Source: Callorhinchus milii (taxonomy: Eukaryota). From it: a stretch of 64,000 bases of DNA. Below, one piece after another: positions 25,999 to 38,929 of this stretch. A model generated the notes under the pieces. The model did not search any database and had not been told where the DNA came from. It worked only from the letters and a program-made list of their open reading frames with translations. The position numbers and the translations under genes are program-made. Positions within the stretch are counted from its first letter, which is position 1; every line of letters begins with the position of its first letter. The stretch is from the NCBI RefSeq assembly GCF_018977255.1, contig NW_024704742.1, forward strand, positions 64,544,001 to 64,608,000, given 5' to 3'.

Positions 25999-27906
25999 CT
26001 TTTTATCTTTGCTTTTCTTGCTATTTTGTTGTATCCCAAACATTTTTTCCACACCAAACAATTTTCTTGTCAGTTCATCCTTTTGAGGTACAGCACGAAA
26101 AGGTTGTCCAAAGCCACTCCCAACTCGATACTTTTCTGTCTGAATCTTGCTCATTGGAGGGGGAAGATCCTGCTTCAGTGTACCACAATTAACACTGGAC
26201 AATCCATCTGTAGACTCTGCATAGGACTCCTGATCACTACTGCTGCAGTACTGCCAATCTTTACGGATGTGAAGTGGAAGCCACTTTGGGTTTGCACATG
26301 GAGCATTGCCAGTTATATCAGCTTTCTTAGCTGAAGGAAAAGCAGACCATGCAGAAGTTCCTGGCACATCAAGTCGAGTAGAAGAGCCCATATGCCTATT
26401 ACCATTATGCAAAGAGTAATCATTCTGTGCCAAATCTGATAGTCGAGGTGCATGAAATTTGCTTTCCAAGTCTGGACGGCAACCATTCCACTGGGAAGCA
26501 GTCTGTATTGGCCCTTTGTTTTGTGCACTTCCCCGTGCACCATTGGAGGCATGTTTGTTTGGGTTGGTTCCCAAGTCAACAACTAAAACTCTTCTGCTCT
26601 TTTCTTCCTGACTGTAGCATCCAATTCCACTATCACTGTTACTGCCAGTACTATTATTCTGCTGACCATCAGGTGCATATACATCCCCATCAAGGAAAGC
26701 TCTTGCACGCATGCTTTCAAACGACTCTCCTAGATCCTTGTACAGCACAGACACAAACTGAAGAACGGGTTGAGATGATGGAGGAAACTCTAAGCAGCCA
26801 TTAGTATCTGTATCTGGTGTACAATCAATGTCAAAACGTCTAGCAATACCCTGATGAATTTTGTGCTGGCAGAGTTCGGGGTCCACCATAAAGACATGAC
26901 ATGAAGTCCTCAACCCACCTTCATTTTCCTTAGCAAAGTTATTATCGTCAGCTATTTGCATAGTAACCAAGCCAAAGAATCTTCGGTCATCAGGACACAC
27001 AGCAGTAAAAGCCAATTTTTCTGCTGGGTACACAGCTAATACAGCATTTTTGTCATTGCAAAGTTTAATGCAGTCGTGCATTATTTTCATCAAAACAAGG
27101 GAATGAATCTTTTGCTCAGCACGCAAGCGTCGCATGCAGCCACGGATAGCCTGCAAGCTATCATTTTCCAAATTTGAACTTGTTGACGGTAATTCTATTG
27201 ATCCCAAGTAGCCTACTATCATCCCAACGTTCAGAATATTAGAATCTAGGGCAAAATCATCTTGGCTTTCAAGGCCACTGGCAAACATCGAGTTATCATT
27301 TAGCACCTTCATTACTTCTTCCTCAGAGAGTGAATTGTGATTTGTTCCTGTATTGCCATGTCTGGTAGGAAATCCACTGACTGTTTCAGCTGTTTTTCTT
27401 TGCTGCTGTAAACAATTCCTGCTATGTTTGGCAGGAAGTTTGGAATTTTCAAAAAGCACATTGAAAATGCCACCTGACTGTATATCGGCAACTACCTTTT
27501 CAGCTCTGTTTAGACCAAAATGTTTTGATTTGGGCTTATTGTTCATCCATCCCCCTTTGCCTTCATTGAAATAAAGCTCTTCATCACTTGAACCTGTATC
27601 AGAGTGATTACTACTATCAGCAATCACAAGCTGCAGCACTCCTGTGCATTTTCCTATCAGTTTCACAACATCGTCATGGGAGGCTTTAGAGACATTAATA
27701 TCATTGACACTAAGAATCCGATCTCCAGATCGAAGCCCAACATAATCTGCCGGGCTTCCTTTCAAAATGCAGCTTAGCACACATGGAGCTTGGCCAGAAA
27801 GTGTGAATCCATAACCTGTTCTTCCTCTGGCAACATCTACATTCCTCATTCGAATGGGAGCATTTGGGTTTAAACGACGTTTCACTTGATCAGCTTGTCT
27901 GTACAT
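25999..27906 (-). CDS. RGS12: regulator of G-protein signalling 12, large first coding exon (PDZ + PTB domains); exon acceptor at 28063
   Basis: MYRQADQVKRR...RNVDVARGRTGYGFTLSGQAPCVLSC (PDZ); LNVGMIVGYLGSIEL...RTSCHVFMVDP...FVSVLY (PTB); acceptor gttccag|GTG at 28063; donor AAG|gtaagg (phase 0); an in-frame ATG also lies at 27915. Confidence 0.96.
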
Positions 27907-29639
27907 TGTTTGCATTCCAAAGTTACCAGAATTACAACCACTGTTATATTTCACACTTCATAGGAATCGCTGAAGCCAGCAGTTGGTAAGTATTTTAAGA
28001 AAATAATTCATTGTAGCTGTATCTTGAAGTCTCACTGCACCTTATTCCAAACTTCAAAAACACCTGGAACAAAAAAGGGATACTTACATCAAACCAATTC
28101 TATATATTTTATAGCTAAAAATTAAGCTAAGCTTTTTAAAAAAGTTATTATGGAATTTATCTGTCTTTCTACGAATACAGATGCCTTGTGTAAACCAACT
28201 TTTGGATTTTTAATGAAGTAAAGATCTAATAAAAATTCAAATAAAATACATAGACAAGAACTTAAAATAAATGTAAGAGATACTGACTTCTGTTCTTGTC
28301 AACAAGTTGTAATCTTACTTGCATGTGTATAACTGGATTTTTTTGGCCAGTAGTGCAAATGAAACTATTCATAGTTTTTTTTTAATATAAGTTTGTCAGA
28401 GAAATAAGAGACAGGAATATAGATAAATCAGGGGAAGAGAGAAAATGAGAGAAAACGAATGACAGTGAGAAACCTTTAGAGAAAGTGACAAAGAGAGAGA
28501 CAGAATGGCAGAGAAGGGTTGGCACAATGTGGTATTATTTATGGTGACAATGCAACTCCTGTTGGAACAATTATTTTATTTAGAACTGTAGCCAATTTGT
28601 AATTTGTCTAATACAAGTGATCTTTTCTGCACAATGTACCAGTCTCAATTATTCAGCTCTTTACTATACATAGATTCTTGAAAAATAACATTAAAAGAAT
28701 GAGGAGTAAGCAGGAGTGGAATTTATTAAGTGACAAAGACATATGTAGAGAAGAACACCAACATAGACAGACTTGATGGGTCAACTGGCCTGTTACTATG
28801 TTATGTTACATTTTATCCTATTCCAGATAATGAGCTGAAGTTGTGATGTGGAGGGCTTGAACCCACAACTTTCTGACAAGAATGCTACCAATTGAACCAA
28901 ACTGATATAAAAGACAAGCATAAATACCGAACTGTTCAAACATTCAAAAGCCCTCAGTTAAAAAAATCAAGTCTCCAAAACATAGTTTATCCTAGATTTA
29001 AATAAAATATTTTTATCCTAGATATAGATCCGAGACCAACCAGAAAAACTCTAGTAGATACAGTACTTAGGTATTGTCAGAAAAAAATGCCACAAACTAG
29101 TGTACATCATAGAGATGGCGAGATATAAATACAGCGAAAGATATACTAGTCAATGTACAGCCCTGCAAATGTACTTTTAACTGATGATAGTAATTATAAA
29201 TTCTCCCGATTACAGGCTATATTAGATGGCGTTCTCAACTATGGAAACTATCTGCAATTTGATTTAACCACAGTGTTCAAATCCTACAGAGGAATATTTG
29301 TTGAGCAGTTAGATCCACAATAAAACGCTGAATCAACACTCATCCGGCTACTCCCTGCAGTGAGTGGGTCCATTGAGTGCGTAAACCTTGTCTGCAGCAG
29401 AAATTCAACGGATCACACATACACAAACACCAGGCATCGTGCAGTAATTAGGTAACAACTTCCCTTTCGTACACAAATAAACAAAGTACAGTACAACACG
29501 TATTCCTGGAAAGTTAACTGCGACTTTCATTACATCTGAGCTTGTTTGAGAAAGTTTGATCGGCGAAACGGCAAAGTTGATGGTATTCCCAGCTCCCACC
29601 TCACTTTTTTTTCAGCTTTTTTCCCCCTCTCCCCCTTTT

Positions 29640-29830
29640 TTTCGGGGACCCTCGCTGCTGCAGCGCTCACACCCTAACGACAACGGACGCCCTCGCCTCG
29701 CCCCCCCCCCCTTTGACGGCAGCGATTGGCCGACAATGCCGTCACTCAGAACACGTCCGCCTGTGATTAGCGGATTGAGCTGTCACTCACTTCAAAGTCA
29801 GTTTACACCGCCAGATTAGATTGCTCCAAA
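29640..29830 (-). promoter_or_regulatory. second CpG-containing promoter-like element in RGS12 intron 1
   Basis: GC-rich/C-run sequence, CCAAT box (ATTGG 29725-29729), TGAGTGACAG (29789-29780) and TGAGTGACGG (29748-29739) on the minus strand. Confidence 0.5.
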
Positions 29831-31004
29831 CAGCACCCCCCCACCTCCCCACTTCCCCGAAATAGAGTGGGTGGGGGGAGAAAAAAAGAGCAATAAAGGA
29901 GCTTTTCTGATCCCGAATTTGTAACATAGATATGCAACGCAATTGGCTTCTTAAAAAGTGGGGAAGAGGAATGTGTCCCACAGAGAGAGGGGGGGGGGGG
30001 GGGGCGGTAAGAGAGAAAGAAAGGAGAAAAGAGAGAAAGGAACAAAAAGGAAAGTACAAAAGAGTTGGAAGTTATTCTGATCCTCGATTAGTATGGGTCT
30101 TCCTTTAGAAGCAGTCAAACCAGCAACATTGTAATGCAATCGAGGGTTTTCTTAAATAAAATAGTGGGGGGGAGAAGAATGCGTCCTCCCGACAAAGAAA
30201 GAAGAGAGAGAGAGAGAGAGAGAAGTGAACAAACAAAAAGAGTTGGAAGTTTTCCTGGTCCTGAACTAGACACCCCACCCCCCCCCCCCCCCCCGCCCCC
30301 CTTTTTTTTAAAAAAATAGCAAAAACCAACAGATTTGTAACATAATCGACGTCTTTTTTATTAAAAAAAAAGGGGGGGAATGCGCCCTACAATCCGGCGG
30401 ATCAAAATAACGTTTTAACCAAACAACCACATATACAGACGGGTTTGACTTTCCCAATCCCCCCCCAGCCCACCCGCTCTATGTGGGTCTCTCGTTCTCC
30501 CTCTCTTCTGTACAAATACGTTTATAAAAAAAAGCTTTTAAAATATATATCACACACACACACACACATATAGTCGTAAATACGATCACTGGTTAAATCA
30601 AATATATATATATATATATATAATCCTATATTTAAAATATCCTGTCTTTCTTATATAAAAAAAAGAAACAAAAACAGGGGGGAAAGTGTTAGCTGAACGT
30701 GATGCATTAAAAAAACTTTACTGGAAGAGTCGGTGGTGGTTTGGTGGTGGGGGGGGGGGGTGGGGGGGGTCGGGTGGAGATGGGGAAGGGGTAGATTTGC
30801 GGATCATTGGTTTGAAAACTCGGCTACGAAACCGCTTCGCAACCGTTGTCAACTGAAACAAACAATAGCCGCATTCGTTGACGAGGGACGGGGGTCGTTT
30901 TGTTCTGTATTAAAAAGGTTTTACCTGGAAACCTAAAACCGGGGGGACCTGACCGCCCGGTGCACTGAACTCCTAAACCCAAACCATGGTGTTTTGTGTG
31001 TGTG

Positions 31005-31035
<31 letters not shown>

Positions 31036-31127
31036 GTATTCACAAAAAACAAAACACAACTTTTTAGACGGGAAAAAAAACGCATCGAAGAAACAACGAA
31101 AGAGAACACCAAAGGGGCAGAGCTCAC

Positions 31128-31225
31128 CTCACCTCCACCGCCCGTGGGGGTCGGGTCGCTCGGGCACTGGAACCGGACCGTTAAAATCCGCCGTTTATTT
31201 TTAAACTCCGAGCTGGAGCGGCGCG

Positions 31226-31262
<37 letters not shown>

Positions 31263-31365
31263 CGGCAACGGTCTCAGCGCCGGGGTCACGTGAGCCTCGC
31301 TCTCTGCCAACCGCCGGAGCTCCAGGTGCCTCGCGCCGCGTCGCGGACGCCAGCGCGCGGGCAGC
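31128..31365 (-). promoter_or_regulatory. RGS12: CpG-rich RGS12 promoter and probable non-coding first exon
   Basis: dense CpG/GC patch (GCGCGCG, CGCGTCGCGG, CACGTG E-box) in an otherwise CpG-depleted window; tandem donors GAG|GTGAGG (after 31133) and GAG|GTGAGC (after 31128); about 3 kb upstream of the acceptor at 28063. Confidence 0.6.
31226..31262. repeat. poly-G run of about 37 nt in the RGS12 promoter; other simple repeats at 1773-1796 (CT), 30540-30630 and 30995-31035 (TA/CA), 35425-35462 (TG+G) and 41670-41735 (TA)
   Basis: read directly from the sequence. Confidence 0.9.
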
Positions 31366-31394
31366 ACTACAACAACAACAACAACAACAACAAG

Positions 31395-31729
31395 ATAATA
31401 ATAATAATAGTAATAATAATAATCCTTGCATTTGATATAGCGCTTTTCACGTCGGGAGGACGTCCCAAAGCGCTTCACAGAACACACTGTAAAGTGAATT
31501 GACTGTATATTTGTGGGCGAACGCGGCAGCCAATTGCGCACAGCAATGTCCCACAAACAGTCGTAGATTGAAAATGACCAATTTATTATTGTTTTTTTTT
31601 GGAGCGATTATTATTAGGCTCTGTGTGGAGTAAGGAAACTTGCCCAAGGTTTCGCCCTCTGCCTGGAATTGAACTCAGGTCTCTCACTTGCAAAGCGAGT
31701 GCTCTAACCACTGAGCTACAGGACTCCAC
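31395..31729 (-). mobile_element. full-length tRNA-Ala-derived SINE with L2-type tail
   Basis: GTGGAGTCCTG-TAGCTCAGTGG (A box)...TTTGCAA loop...GAGTTCAATTCC (B box); 3' stem-loop and (ATT)n; nearly identical to 63133-63444. Confidence 0.92.
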
Positions 31730-33105
31730 GGGGCCCGAGCATGGAGGAGGGGGGTTCTAGGGGTGAGGGAAGGCAGGGAGGTGGGAGGGCGACCAAAGAG
31801 AAGGGCCACGGAGCCTGGTGCGTGAGAGTACATGAGCTGCAGAGTTTCGGATGATCTGCAGGTTGTGAAGGGAAGAGTTGGGAAGGCCGATGAGGAAGGA
31901 GTTCCCGTAATCGAGCCTTGATGTGACGAATGTGTGGGTGAGGGTTTCGGAGCCTGAGGGGTGAGGCAGTGGCGGAGTCTGGCAATATTGTGGAGGTGGT
32001 GGTAGGCAATGCCGGTCATGGAGCAGATGTGGGGGAGAGAGGACAGTTCAGGGTCAAACAGGACACCCAGGTTCCTGACTGGGTTAGTGAGGTTGAGTGT
32101 GCAGCCGTGGAGGCTGATGCTGCCAGTGCCTGAGGTGCGGAGGTGCTGGCACGAGCCAGTCAGGAGGGCCTCGCTGTTGCTGATGTTGAGTTGGAGAAAG
32201 TTGTCCCTCATCCCAGACTTGATGTTGGACACGCAGTCGGTCAGGACCCCAGTAGTCCTGCAGTTCAGGGTGGAGGCAGAGAGATGGCGTTGGGTGTCAT
32301 CCGCATACATGTGGAAGTTGACCCCATGTCTGTGGATGATGTCACCAAGAGGGAGCATGTAGAGGGTGAAGAGGAGGCGCCCGAGGACAGGGCCCTGAGG
32401 AACACCGTACAAGACGGTGCGGGGGCTGGAGGGGAAGCCATTTGCAGAAACAAAGTGGAGGCGGTGTCAAAGGTAGGACCTGAACCAGTCAAGGACAGAA
32501 CCTTGACGTTGAGGTGGGAAGAGAGGTGGTGGAGGAGGATTGAGTGGTCCACAGTATCAAAGGCGGTGGAGAGGTCGAGGAGGCAGAGGGAGCCCTGGTC
32601 ACACATGGTCAGGATGTCGCTTGTGACCTTGACCAGTTTCCGTACTGTGGGCAGCACAGAAACCCGATTGGAGGGGTTCATGGAGGGAGTGAGAGGAGAG
32701 GAAAGAGCGAAGCTGGGAGGCAACGGCTCTCTCAAGGACCTTGGATAGGAAGGGGAGATTTGAGATGGGCCGGTAGCTGGATAGCTGTGATGGGTCGAGG
32801 GAAGGTTTCTTCAAGGTGGGGGTGATAGTGTCTGTTTTAGGGGGGAAGGAACAGTGCCAGATGACAGGAAGAGTTAATGATGTCGGCGAGTAATGGGGCA
32901 CGGAGGTGGAGCTGGGATTTAAGGAGAGGGGTAGGGATGGGGTCCAGGGAGCAGGTGGTGGGCTTCATGGAGGATATGGTGGTGATGACAGAGGAGGGGT
33001 GACAGGTTCAAAGGTGTGGAAGGAGGGATGGGTAGTGGTCGGAGTGTGGGGGGGTAGGGAGGGGGTGGAAGTTGGGAGGGCGGTGGCAACTGAGCGGATT
33101 CCCTT
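31730..33105 (-). mobile_element. L2-clade LINE with RT remnant, internally deleted
   Basis: [41 protein letters not shown]...FHMYADDTQ; about 300 bp missing near 31808 relative to the 735-1308 copy. Confidence 0.93.
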
Positions 33106-35427
33106 GAAAGAGCTCAACACTGGGTCAGACAGTCCCAGAGCCCCTCCCACCCCCTTGCAGGTTACCCCGGAGACACGTTCCAGCTGAAAATGCAAGTTGT
33201 TGCTGGCTTCCAGTGGTTATACAAGTTCCAGAAGTTGCATTATAATAATACGATAATACTTGCATTTGACATAGTACCTTATCACGTCTTAAAGCGCTTC
33301 ACAGGATAAGCTGTAAAGTGTAGTGACTGGGTATTTTGTGGGTGAAACGCAGCAGCCAATTGCGCACAGCAGTGTCCCACAAACAGTCATGGATTGAGTG
33401 ACCAAATTATTATGTATTTATTTCTTTTTTGAAGGGATTATTATTCCCGGAAAGCGATCCACCAATCGACTAACAACTGGGTTCCTACTTACTGCTAAGT
33501 AAACCGGCGTTAGATACAATATATCGTTTTAGACATGACATGCGACTGCCAGGATGGTGGAAGGTGAACTGGGTGGACCTTAATCTTCTTTCACCAAGCA
33601 AACTCTTATGCAATTTTTAGCTCTTGCTTCACAAAGACCAAAAAGACTTGGTCAGATCAGATCAAATCAGATGAATCACAGTCATCAGTGACTAGTCGGT
33701 GCTGCTAATAAGACAGACTTGGCTACATTACCAGTTGCTCTTAGAGTATTATGGTTACATGTAGTTTTTTTTTGCATATCAGCAAATGCAGCAGTCATGT
33801 TGTGGACCCCATCCAAAGGACCTCTGACAATGCAGTAATCCGGAGTGTCAGTTTGGGTAGAGTTCAAGTCATGGTACAAGTTGAACGTATAATCTTCTGA
33901 CCCTGAATGAAGAGGCACGAGTGCTAGTAACAGAGCCAAGCTAATACCCAATAAACAAAGACTTAAGAATAAAGGCTTGCGCATTATTTTATTTTACATT
34001 TTTTATTTTAAATATTTTCTTAGTAAATTTTGTAAGGAGCTTGTGCACATTCCTACACTCATCTCCAAGGGAAGTTATTCTTTAGACCAGAAAGGATTAT
34101 GTTTGCAGTGTTCTGTATAAAGTTCAATCCGACTTCCCTGGAATAAAACAATGTACACTAGAATCAGAGGAACTCACATGGGGAAGGAGGAGACTTAGCG
34201 CCCACAGTGCTGACTCTACAATAAATGCGTGTCAGATTTGTAAAGTCAAAATCTGATGCTCTTGGACTGGAGGGATGCTGTGGAAGTCTAGACTAACACT
34301 AAACCCACTATACCCCTTCAAGTGGTGGCCCCTAGATTGGTTTAAATTCCTTAAATGCCAATTCCTACCCTGTAAAGTGTTGAGTCTGGATGAGTGTTAT
34401 TTTATATTAATACATGCTAACTAAGTGCCTTGTCTCTGGCCCTGAATGATGAATTAACGTATTTCATTACCACTTCAGGTGCTTAAGGCAAAATACCTCA
34501 GCAATGCTGGTATTCATTAAATGTTATGTATTGGAAGATACCCGAGCAAGGCAATGATTGCTGACCATATTTTAAAATCCCCTGGGAGGATCAATAATTT
34601 CCAGATGCCAACAAAGCATATCAAATGAAAACTTTGATTTGCAAAGAAAATAGAAATATGAGTAAGCTGACCCAATTAGAATTATGAAACCTACTGTGAC
34701 AAATGTAATAAGCATTTCTGTATGGTGGGATTGAAGCCAAGAAACTCTTAATTTTCAAGGATGGAACTTAAGAACCTAGAAATGCCAATGAATATCATCT
34801 TAGCTCAATTGGTAGCACTCCTGCCTTGGGACAGAAGGTTTTGGGGCTTGAGTTTAAAGTCTTGTTTGACACTTCAATATCAGGGAAGTGTCTCATTGCC
34901 AAATTTGAGTTAAGCAGGTATCCCACTAACCAGCAGTGCAATGCAAGTCCAGTAGTAACCCATGGATGGCTTTAGGCTCAGCCACAGAAATGAAATGGAA
35001 TGGGGTTGGAGGAGGGAAAATCATACCCACAGTCATTCTTTAGTTTTCAACTGGCCTCATTGATCAAATTTATCAAAGTTGTGATTTTCTTTGGTTGTTT
35101 GGGTGTCTGTCACAACCAGGGAGCTGATCACCATGCTTACAAGTATACAATCCAGACTGAATTACACATATGAATGCCACCAATGCATGGAAATGTCCCT
35201 GTGTTTGGAATGGATTGCACACTCTCCCTAGGATTCAATCTGCTCACCTAGTGTGTGCATGATAATTAACACACCACAGATTTCAAGCTTCACTCAATCA
35301 AAATTATTTTGAGTGGAATAGTCATTGAAGGTGGTTAAGGGTTGAATAAAGTGAAGACCAGAGGAGGTCAATAATGTGGAAAAGTCAAATTGGAAAAAGA
35401 ACGGAGACAAAGGAACCCCTGAGTTGT

Positions 35428-35458
<31 letters not shown>

Positions 35459-36709
35459 GGGGCGGAGGAAGTTGTTGAACCATTTACGCAGCTCAGTTGT
35501 GGCAATTTTAGAGGAAACCATATAACCAAGATTAACAGGTGTTCAAGTACGCAAAGCGAATAAACCTCAGATATCTATGTTCAAGATCTAATGCTTGTGC
35601 TTTAACTTAGAATAATGCAATGCAAGCTTCTGAATTGACACCAAAAAGTCCAATAATAAATAATAACAATCCTTGCATTTGATTGCCGATAACATTGAGA
35701 ATGTCTCAAAGCACTTTACAAAATTTCTGCAAAGTGTAGTGACTGATTGTGATAACAACAGCAAATTGAGCGCAGGGATGTCCAACAATCATCCATGAGT
35801 GAATGACCAATTTTATCTTGGAGGATTTTTTGGCCTGGACACTTGGAAGAATTTACTTCACTTTTCAAATATATTCTTTTTCATGTCACTAAAACGTTTT
35901 CCTCCCTCGACATTTGAGTTCAAGGATTTGCTGTACAAGGAACTGTACTTACCACCTAGGCCAGCAACTACCACTCCATAATTGAATGTGCTGCTGCACC
36001 GATTGGGCAGAAACATATTTAACCATTAAGAGTACAATAATATTTATCTTGAATTAATTTCTTTCAAGATTGGACGGGGGACACCAACAACGACAACTTG
36101 CATTCATATAGCACTCTCCACACAGGATAGCATCTCGGAGTGCTGCACAGTGGTGGGGTTGGACATTGATTGAGGGCGAGGGAGTGACCACAGGCACGAT
36201 TGAAGAGGTAAGTCATCTCATCAGGAGGGATTTAAAGATAAATAGGGGATGAGGTGAAGGGCAGGGAGCCCCAGAAGTTAGGGGGTAATGACTGAAGGCA
36301 CTTGGTAGTGCAGAGGTATGGGGAATGTGCAGCAGGTGTTCGCAGACCAAAGGAATGGGCAGTGGAATGGGGACACACATCATGCCCAAGTTTTGCAGGT
36401 GGAGGGGGTGAGTAGAAGCCTGAGGTAGATCAGATATAGGGAATACTAAAAGGGTAATGTAGAATGCTTTATCAGTAGATAAAACAGGGGACAAGTCTGT
36501 TGTCAGGTGTAATCTTAAGAGTGAATTTACGCTCCTTACCTGGTCAATGGAAGTCCCAACTTTAGTACTAGCTGCACAAGTGCAAAGATGCACATCGTGA
36601 TTTACACATAACCTGGCAACTGTACTACATTGTACTTGCCCAGCTCAGGCCACTTTAAATTTTAAGGGCTTGGGTTTACAAGGTTCAGGGCATGTTTATA
36701 CCTCTAAAT

Positions 36710-37960
36710 CAACAACAACAACAACAGAATTACATTTTTATAGTGCCTTTCGCATCGGGAGGATGTCCCAAGGCGCTGGACAATCAGTGTTTCTGACCTG
36801 AACTAGGGTTCGGGGAGGGTGGAGGACAGAGGGAGGAGGGTGATCAAAGGCATGGTCACATGGTTGAGACGGGTCTTGAAGGAGGCAAAGGAGGGGGCGA
36901 GGCAAAGTGACTGTGGGTTGGAGTTCCAGAGAATGGGGCAGAGTGGCTGAAGGCCAGCCCGCCTGCCAATGGTGGGGCAGGTGAGGTGAGGAACGTGAAG
37001 CAGGCCGGAGCCCGTTGAGCGGAGGGAGCGGGCAGGTTGGTCGCAGAGGTAGGAAGGAGCAAGGCCATGGAGGGCTTTGAAGGTGAGGACCAGGATCTTG
37101 AACTGTATCCTCTGTGTGATGGGTAGCCGATGGAGTTGGGCAAGGATGGGGGTGATAAGGTCATGAAGCCTGGTGTGGCAAAGGACATGGGCTGCAACTT
37201 TCTGGATGATCTGCAGCCTATGGAGGGAGGAGTTGGGGAGGCCAACAAGCAGGGAGTTTGCATAGTCAAGCCTGGATGTTATAAATGTGTGTATGAGGGT
37301 TCCAGCGGCCTGCCGTGTGAGACAGTGGCAGAGCCGGGTGATGTTGCGGAGGTGGGGGAAGGCAGAGCAGGTCATGTCAAGGATGTGGGATAGAAAGGAT
37401 AGTTGAGAGTCAAACAAGATGCCAAGGTGCAGTCTGGCTTAGTAAGGTGGAGGGGTTCGTGAAGGAAGTGGCGGGAGAGGAAGGAGCGAAGCTGGGAAGC
37501 AAAAGTTCCAGGACTTTGGAAAGGAGAGGGAGTTTGGAGTTGTGGCAGTAGTTTGAGAGCAGGGATGGGTCCAGGGAGGGTTTTTTAAGAAGTGATGGTG
37601 GCCGTTTTTAAAGGGGTGGGACCGGTGCCAGTGGACAGGGAGAGGTTTATGATGTCTGGGACTAGGGGGGCAAGGAGGTGGAGCTTGGAGGTAAGGAGAG
37701 GGGTAGGGATGGGATCAAGGGAACAGGTGGTCGGTTTCATATGGGTTACAGTGGTGATGAGAGAGGGGGAAACAAGTTCAAAGATGTGGAGGGAGGTATG
37801 GGTAGGGGCCGGGGTGAGAGGTGGAGATGGGATGTAGTAGACAGACGGCCAGAGGCAGCTGAGCGGATTCCCTCGACTTTGGTTTCAAGGAAATCCAGCA
37901 TCACCTCGCAGTTGGAGGAAAGGATGGGTGAGGTATGAGAGGGTGGGCGGAGGAGCCAGT
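36710..37960 (-). mobile_element. L2-clade LINE fragment(s)
   Basis: ORF 36803-37417 (LIHTFITSRLDYANSLLVGLP...LHRLPITQRIQFKIL); (AAC)n tail at 36710. Confidence 0.9.
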
Positions 37961-38929
37961 TGGTAAAACACAGCGAATCCAGAGACCTTGGCTCCAAAGC
38001 GATTTTGTGGGTTTCCTTGGTGGAGGTGTAGTTTACAGAGGCTTTTTCAAATGGCAAGGCACCAGTAATGTTACTGCTTTGCTAAGGAGTGCTTTTGGAA
38101 CTCCACTGTCTGTACTTCATGCAAATGTGCAGCTGGTCGTATAATACTCATTCTATTCCCTTAACAACTGATCGCCTCTCAAAGCTACCAAAGCAGCCTG
38201 GAAACTATTCTCCTAAACAAACATTCAGGTAGTCTTCATAGAGTGCAATTCAAAACCTGTGAAAATGTAGTCATCCTGTCAGCAACAGAATCCATCCCGA
38301 AACCTGAGTACTCGGGGTAACTGGACCCTGAGATGGAATAAGTACACAGCCAATCCACTTTACAATATATGATGTGAAGCTCTTTGAGACATCTTGATGA
38401 CGTGATAAGGCTCTATATCAAATGCAAGAACTATGGTTATTATTATCCATCATCAAAGTTGATGTGCAATTAAGCCATGCCCTCGGCAGTTTGTTTGAGA
38501 CAGTTCCTCTCCCTTTCTATACCTTTTCAACGGAACAAATAAGACTGATTGGAAATCAGGGAAATAGGCACTGGTCATGGTGCATTGCTGACAGAGAAGT
38601 TGAAAGAGAATGGGTGAGCATAAGTATAGACAGTGATTCAGCTCCATGTGTTCTTTGGTTGGGCTACATTGTGAGTTGTTTTGGATTAGTGGTGAAGCAT
38701 GGCAAGATCATTTTTTTTAAAAAGAGGGTTAGCATCACTTGGAGTAGAATCATAGAAATTTACAGCATAGGAAACCAATGAACCCATCAAGTCTGCACCG
38801 GCTCTCAGAGCAAGCCATTCATTCAATCCCACTGCTCCACATAGACCCATAATCTTTCAAGCCTTCACCTTTCATACTAACCACTTTTAATTTGATATAG
38901 ATATCCACACAATACCTTGGTATTGTTGA

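Noticed and set aside
25978..27954. The 658-aa ORF as a complete single-exon protein
   Set aside because: The track starts at a GTG in the 5' UTR and reads past the AAG|gtaagg donor at 25999; the coding part is 27906 (or 27915) to 25999 and splices to 7914.
30933..31556. ORFs with poly-Tyr/Val/Pro/Gly runs resembling an HTT exon 1-like repeat protein
   Set aside because: They are translations of the SINE tail microsatellites and the poly-G run; HTT exon 1 lies far outside the window.
31655..31729. tRNA-Ala(UGC)-like sequence (also at 11867, 55089 and 63133)
   Set aside because: No proper acceptor stem, and each runs straight into a SINE body and tail; these are SINE heads, not tRNA genes.
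31684..32901. RT ORFs as an intact or domesticated reverse transcriptase
   Set aside because: Frameshifted, 5'-truncated and internally deleted; an ordinary dead L2 copy.
33685..33984. 99-aa ORF with an apparent signal peptide (MRKPLFLSLCLLGISLALLLALVPLHS...) in the position of MSANTD1
   Set aside because: The DNA (AGCTTGGCTCTGTTACTAGCACTC...GTCAGAAG...CTGACACTCC...TACTGCATTGTCAGAGGT) is a decayed DeuSINE like those at 5283 and 15400, so the ORF is incidental.
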